NCBI GenBank assembly: GCA_905178155.1
Contig: CAJINV010000021.1
Location: forward strand, 106,106 to 170,105
Reading direction: 5' to 3'
DNA: 64,000 nt
From: Amoebophrya sp. A120
Lineage: Eukaryota; Protista; Dinoflagellata
Shown here in pieces: positions 58,670 to 64,000 of the stretch (position 1 is the first letter of the stretch; the number at the start of each line of letters is the position of its first letter). The position numbers and the translations under genes are program-made. A model generated the notes under the pieces. That model saw only the letters and a list, made by a program, of their open reading frames with translations, was not told where the DNA came from and ran no database searches.

Positions 58670-60360
58670 CTTCCGCACCGCGCCCGGGCGGGCCGTTCCT
58701 TCGGTCTGGTGCGTGGGCTGACGGGGCGCGGCGAAGCTCTTCGGAGCAAGGCGAGGGCAGACTGGGGACCGCCCAAGTGGCGCGGGGCCTCGTGTTGAAA
58801 AGGCGCGACGGTGTGCGCCCATTCTTACAGGAGCCCCCTCGCGGTCGCTACCTAGCCAGGCAGTTCGCTGCCCCGGCGCGCCCGTCGACTGAGGGCCCGG
58901 ATGGCGCCGCGCAGCTTGCCGGCGCGAAGCCTGCAAAAGCCCAGAATGAAGGCGAGGGAGAGGGCGAAGGGGCGCACCTATGAGCCTCGGGGCCCTTCCT
59001 GGTGCGCTGGGGGCTTCGCAGATATTCGCGCCGCGCGGCCTCGGCCGTATTTGTGGATGTGTGGCAGGCCGGGGGGGGCGTGTTCGTGCCGCGAGCGCCG
59101 GCCGGCCCTGGTTGTGTGGGTGCTAGCTTGGCCGCCGGCCCTTGCCCTTTGTGGCGCATTGGGCTTTTTCGACGCATGCCCCGTCCGGTAGGCGCGCCCC
59201 CCCATCAGGCCCATTGGCGCAGAACCGCCGGGAACGAACGTCATGGATAGTTTTCTCGCCGAGTCCAAAAATGGCCCCGCCCCGGCCGCCAGGAGTTCGC
59301 TCCATCCTTCCCGGCCGCCCGCGTTTGTCTGCGCATGGGCCCCCCGACCGTGTCGCCAGCGCGCAGGCGCCCCCGCGCACCTGGTGGCGCGGGGGCGCGG
59401 TCGCGGGCGCCAGAAAACGGGGCAGCCCCCCCCCCCCGGTGGGCCGGCCGCGGCAAGTAGCCCGGCCGCGAAAAACTACTAGACAAGGGGCGAAGCCCTG
59501 CAGGCTCGCACCGGCCGGCGCGCGGCCGTTCGCAGATGCGCAAAACAGGGCGCGGAGTAACGTGGCGAATGATATGGAGAGCCCGGGTAGAACGCTCGGC
59601 CCCGACGTGCCCGCCTCCGGCGACTGCGTCGGTCGGTCGCGCTACATCGATCTCGATCGACGTTGCCTTTGGCGGCAGCGGCGACCTTTGTTTCGGGGGA
59701 GCGCGGTCGGATCAGGTCCAAAGTATGAACTCGCTAGCGTTCTCGTGTATCAGAATGGGCGCTGCTTCTGTGCAAAACCTTGGCGCGAGGGGACGGCGGT
59801 CATTGACGACGGGAGGTTGGCGTTAAAACGTCCGCGCAGGTTGGCAGGCCGCCGCCTGGGGTTGGATCGATGGCCGTCCGCAGCGGCATTCCGTCCCATC
59901 CTGTGGCGCGTTGTCCCTGCCTTCCACCCCCTGCGGGGGTGGGGGCGGGCGTGGTGCCCCTTCCCCTGTCGCTCCTCGCGCGCCCCCCCTTACTAAATCC
60001 CGAGGCCGCACCCACTTGGGCGCGCACCTTGCCCCGATACTATTCACAGTTGCCTTTGTATGTGTCGGCGGGCGGCCGCGGCCACTGGTGTGCTCGCTTC
60101 GAAGGACCAGTGTGTGGCGCGCTGGCTCCGGTCGCGTTTGCTGTGGCCGCTGGCCCGCGCGCGGCACGTGCGGGCGAACCTGGCGCTGGCTTGCTTGTTC
60201 CTTGTTGCGGGTTTTTTCCCGGAACGGCGCCTGCTGCTGCCATTTGACTCCCGTCCCCGTGAAAGCCTCATCCGCCGTAGGGGCGGGCGGGCGAAGCCGG
60301 CGAGCGATCTCTTATAGCCAGAACCCCCTTGTTGCGTGGCGCGTCCGTTCGGCTTGCAGC
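58670..60360. other. Very GC-rich intergenic island, probably a repeat or transposon remnant
   Basis: Abrupt composition change relative to the AT-richer intergenic DNA. Long C run near 59426. Only R/G/A/P-rich shadow ORFs. Boundaries approximate. Confidence 0.4.
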
Positions 60361-60640
60361 AAAGCCTGCCTTGATCTTACTTGTCTCGGGCGCTGTAGTA
60401 ATCTGGCCTGCTGTACGTGTAGTGTTCTTGTTTCTGGTATTGTAACTTGAGGAGCTGGTTGGTGTAGTCCGTTATGTTTCCTTTTCGTTCCGCATAGTAT
60501 GTGCGCGCCTGGATTTTATCTAGCCGAGACTAATTGGTTGCCTTTGTCCCCGCAGCGACAAAAACGAGAAGTGTGCGCTTTCCGCCTCACTGACATGGCG
60601 CTTGCATCTCGGTCTTTTTCGGTGCACTCAGATTAAAGTC

Positions 60641-62950
60641 ATGTCTGCTGCGGGTCCGGCAATTTTATTGGCTGCCGCCGGGTCCCTCGAGGGCCTGGAC
60701 CTTGCACGATCGGCGTCCGATGTTGATCGTTCCCGTCGTAGTAACAAAAAAACCGATCCGGCCGACGCCGTTGAGGCAACGATCAAGCGGAAACTGGCAG
60801 AACCGCAAACGACATCATCAGCAGGCTCATCCTTTGTCGAGAAGTACCAAGCCGGCGAGCTGTGGCACTCCGGAGAAGTAGCTAGAAGTGCAGATGATGT
60901 TCTTCCCCGTGGTCCCGATGATCTCGCAGTCCAGAATGTGGATGACGAGGCAGCTGTTGGACCCGCCGCACTTGCTCTCGGGGGCGGCGGGCATTCCGAT
61001 TCCCCCTCGACGATCAGGAAAAATATGATGAATAAAGGTCGGACTGTCTCGTCTGAAAAGCAAAAAGTGGAAGTAGAGCAGGAAACTTCGAGCGCATCTT
61101 GGTGCAGTGAGAACGCGATTGCGGAGGTGATTCCCTTTCTTTCCGCGTCACTCTGGGAACAGTACGTGCAGGCAGACGAAGGTCACGGCGCTTTGGTTCT
61201 GTCCGAACCTTTCATCGGCAAGAACGCCGAGGTGGGATTGGTCGGTGCTGTGGTGCGTGGGGTAAGGCACGCCTTCGCTCAGGTGTCTGTGCGCGTTGGG
61301 ATCGTTGCTCCTTCATCTTCTAGCGGGGATGAGCAAAGTCGTGATCATGCCGTGCGGGATAATGAAAGCGACAACAAGACGAGCAAAAGTGCAGCGGTGA
61401 AGCAATGCGGCAACAAGAAAAGCACAAACTCAACTTCTACGAGTGACGCACCTGAAGAAGACATGTTCCATCACGAGATCCAGCTTCCGGAGCCGAGAAA
61501 CCCTGATGCTGACGTGTTGATCATCGGCTTGACGAGCGAATTGGCGATGCGTGTGCCACAAGTATTCTTTGGAGGTAGTGAAGAGAATAAACAAGTCATG
61601 GTGGGTGATCCTGCTGATGTCTCTCCCTCCGGAACGAAATCGAACACCAAAGCCAATCCACCGCCAGTGCACCTACCTGAGAAAAGCAGTGGCACGAGCA
61701 CTTGGGCAAGCTGGTTCGGGTCGAGCTTCGGTTTTTCTAATTCCAAGAATGATAGTACCGCACTCGATTTTTACCGGAAACCCCCGCAAATTACGCCTCT
61801 GGACATATGTTTCCTGCCGTTTTCCGCTGTGGCAGGTCGGGCCGTAGAACAAGCAGCCACTACTGCGAACGCCTCGCAGGCGTCCGCCTCACAGAAAGAG
61901 AAAAACAAAAACAACAAATGTAACGCGTCTGCTGGTACATCTAATCCGAACCACTGCAATAAAAGCAGAACCATGATTTTTCTGTCCAACCCGACCTCTT
62001 CCGGTGCCGCGTTCCTGTATTTCGAAATTAGCCGGACCATCGACATCAAGCGCGCCCTCGCGCCGGTGTGCAACGACATCCTGTTGCATCAGAGTAGCAT
62101 CGGCAAAGACGCGAAGGAGGAACAGGAGGGGGGGAAAACTTACAACGAAATGTGGTTTCAGAAAGACGACGGGGGCTGCACCTCCTCGAATGACGAGAAA
62201 AATTTGTTTGCGTCTTGCGGCGACAGAAAGACCCGCCCGCCCCAGATCCCGCTGGCACTGGACCAGTTGGCGCGCAAGTGCTACTTGAAGAGCAACTATC
62301 CAACGGAACAGGAGCAGAAACAGGTACAGGAGCTGTTTGAGTACTTGCTGTCGCAGGTCAGTGAAGCCGCAGTCTTGGAAAAGCTGCAGGACCAGCAGCC
62401 AGTAGCGCTAGACGGTACTTCTATGGGCAAAAACGTCGAGAAAAACAACCAGAAGAAGACGCCACCCACTTCCGAGCAACAACCCGCAAGACCTAACGTC
62501 CTTACTTGGGGCGCGTTGTTTCATCCGACGGCCGTGGACTTCAAAACGGCAAAAGTCCGGATCGCCAGTGTGGTTTCAATGAAAATACGCCCAGCGAGGA
62601 CCACGTCGACAGGTGGAATTAGTCCAAAACTACAACATCAACCCTTCGAGGCGCTTTTTCTCCGGCCCTCGCAACTGCAGCCCCCACCGGGTGCGCCCGC
62701 GAACGCGAAGGTGGTGGAGGTTGTGTGCCTCAAATTTCCAAGCAAAGAGTCGGTAGAGGTGTTTTTGGATCACGAGTACGTTTCCGTGATGGAGTATGTA
62801 TACCCGCGAGAAAGGACAACAAGAACTAACAGTAAAGAAGGTGGTGATGTGGTCCTCAGCAAGGTTGACGGGTTTCAGAGACTGGGGATCCTCTTGTTGA
62901 TGTTTCACCAGGGCATTTTGCAAATTTTCACGGACGCGGAACATGAATGA
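60641..62950 (+). CDS. Hypothetical 769-aa protein with possible N-terminal signal peptide, single exon
   Basis: Long ORF, ATG at 60641 (MSAAGPAILLAAAGS). Same codon mosaic as neighbouring genes. Confidence 0.7.
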   Translation: MSAAGPAILLAAAGSLEGLDLARSASDVDRSRRSNKKTDPADAVEATIKRKLAEPQTTSSAGSSFVEKYQAGELWHSGEVARSADDVLPRGPDDLAVQNVDDEAAVGPAALALGGGGHSDSPSTIRKNMMNKGRTVSSEKQKVEVEQETSSASWCSENAIAEVIPFLSASLWEQYVQADEGHGALVLSEPFIGKNAEVGLVGAVVRGVRHAFAQVSVRVGIVAPSSSSGDEQSRDHAVRDNESDNKTSKSAAVKQCGNKKSTNSTSTSDAPEEDMFHHEIQLPEPRNPDADVLIIGLTSELAMRVPQVFFGGSEENKQVMVGDPADVSPSGTKSNTKANPPPVHLPEKSSGTSTWASWFGSSFGFSNSKNDSTALDFYRKPPQITPLDICFLPFSAVAGRAVEQAATTANASQASASQKEKNKNNKCNASAGTSNPNHCNKSRTMIFLSNPTSSGAAFLYFEISRTIDIKRALAPVCNDILLHQSSIGKDAKEEQEGGKTYNEMWFQKDDGGCTSSNDEKNLFASCGDRKTRPPQIPLALDQLARKCYLKSNYPTEQEQKQVQELFEYLLSQVSEAAVLEKLQDQQPVALDGTSMGKNVEKNNQKKTPPTSEQQPARPNVLTWGALFHPTAVDFKTAKVRIASVVSMKIRPARTTSTGGISPKLQHQPFEALFLRPSQLQPPPGAPANAKVVEVVCLKFPSKESVEVFLDHEYVSVMEYVYPRERTTRTNSKEGGDVVLSKVDGFQRLGILLLMFHQGILQIFTDAEHE

Positions 62951-63249
62951 TGTCGGCAGTGTGTAGGAGAGGAACATTTTGAGGCCAAAACACAAACTGA
63001 TTTCAAGATGTAGTTGTCTATAATTCGTACTGAAACAAACGCAGGTAGTTGGCTAGTCACGCGTTCTCGATTCCGGCGAAGCAGATCTTTGTAATCCTAG
63101 AACGTGGTATTCTCTTGCACTAGGGATTGAGTTTAAGAATGCCTGCTTATCTATCGCTTCAAAAATGAATCATATGTAGTGAGGTCACCGAACGGTTCTA
63201 ACCAGGGAGTTTTTTTGACACCTACCCTGAAAAACGACCGGCAGTTTTC

Positions 63250-63875
63250 AAGCGGCCGGAGGCGTTTTTTGACATAAAAAATTTATAATTATCAAGCGGA
63301 CGGGGCTTTGCCATCAAACAAGCCCGGTCGAAAACTATCGATTCGCACTGGATAAAACGACGCAGGGGAGCCGGCAAAAGGGGCGCCCTTCCGAGGCGGC
63401 CACCGCCTTAGTTTCTGGCGATTTGGGGCGCCCAAAAAGGGGCGCGCAAAAAACGCGTCCAAAATCAGAACAGCGAAACAGCATGGCACGGCCGCGATTT
63501 CGGAGCATTTTCGGCGGCCGCGAAAGCGGCCGCCTTTTCGCCGGTTTCAGAGCCTGGGAAGCTTTGCAAAAAGCGCCGGCGTGAAAAATAAAAACGCGAA
63601 AAAGAAAAAGCGCGCCAGACGCGCAAAGCCAATCCGCATGCTATGGGCCCGGTTTTTCTTCGCTTTCTGGGCGGCCCCCGTGGCACCCGGATCGGCCCCA
63701 TAGCATCGGGGCTGGCTTTCGGAAAGTAATTTTGGAAATGTGCCAAAATTTGCAACGTTTCCCAAGTGGCCATCATACCGTGCGGCATAACGTTACTCAC
63801 GGTGGTATGACGAGCCCATAAAAAGCAAAGCCGCGGCCAAGGCTGCGGTCGGCAAAAAAACGCCCACGACCTCAC
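63250..63875. repeat. GC-rich segment with A/T tracts, possible degenerate TIR element
   Basis: Inverted match ggcgtttttttg (~63260) / caaaaaaacgcc (~63853) and distinct composition. No target-site duplication identified. Confidence 0.3.
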
Positions 63876-64000
63876 TACCCCCGCCCCAGCGGCTATATTT
63901 GATACTAGTCATTGATTAGTGATGCGAAAGCGAATAAAGGCGACTCAAAGTGGAGTACTTGAGCGACGGATGAGAGCGCAGGTGTGAGTCTTGTCGAGTG

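Noticed and set aside
59142-59996. 284-aa ORF in the GC-rich island
   Set aside because: R/P/G/A-rich product expected from stop-poor high-GC DNA; overlapping ORFs in all frames and no domain.
1-64000. CRISPR arrays, rRNA, tRNA genes, autonomous transposase
   Set aside because: No regularly spaced repeat-spacer array, no recognisable structural RNA and no DDE or reverse-transcriptase motif seen by eye.

Overview
Eukaryotic genomic DNA with spliced genes. Organism (inference): a flagellated alveolate resembling the syndinian dinoflagellate parasite Amoebophrya, judged from same-strand gene order, low-complexity-expanded proteins and TIR/direct-repeat introns. About ten protein-coding genes are all on the + strand: a 5'-partial hypothetical protein, a ~4650-aa Sfi1-like protein, a small Cys-rich secreted-type protein, two tandem TauE/SafE transporters, a 920-aa putative secreted protein, CFAP70, a ~3250-aa protein, a Cid1/GLD-2-type terminal nucleotidyltransferase and a 769-aa hypothetical protein. 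The main signal is 12 (possibly 13) MITE-like elements, 168-792 bp, sitting inside coding exons. They have terminal inverted repeats (mostly TAT[C/G]...[C/G]ATA), 5-bp flanking direct repeats and no GT-AG. In every case, removing the element plus one 5-bp repeat restores the reading frame. They coexist with ordinary GT-AG introns, occur in both orientations, and differ between the two TauE paralogs. This points to a second, structure-defined intron-removal system. All coordinates were read by hand, and no transcript evidence is available.
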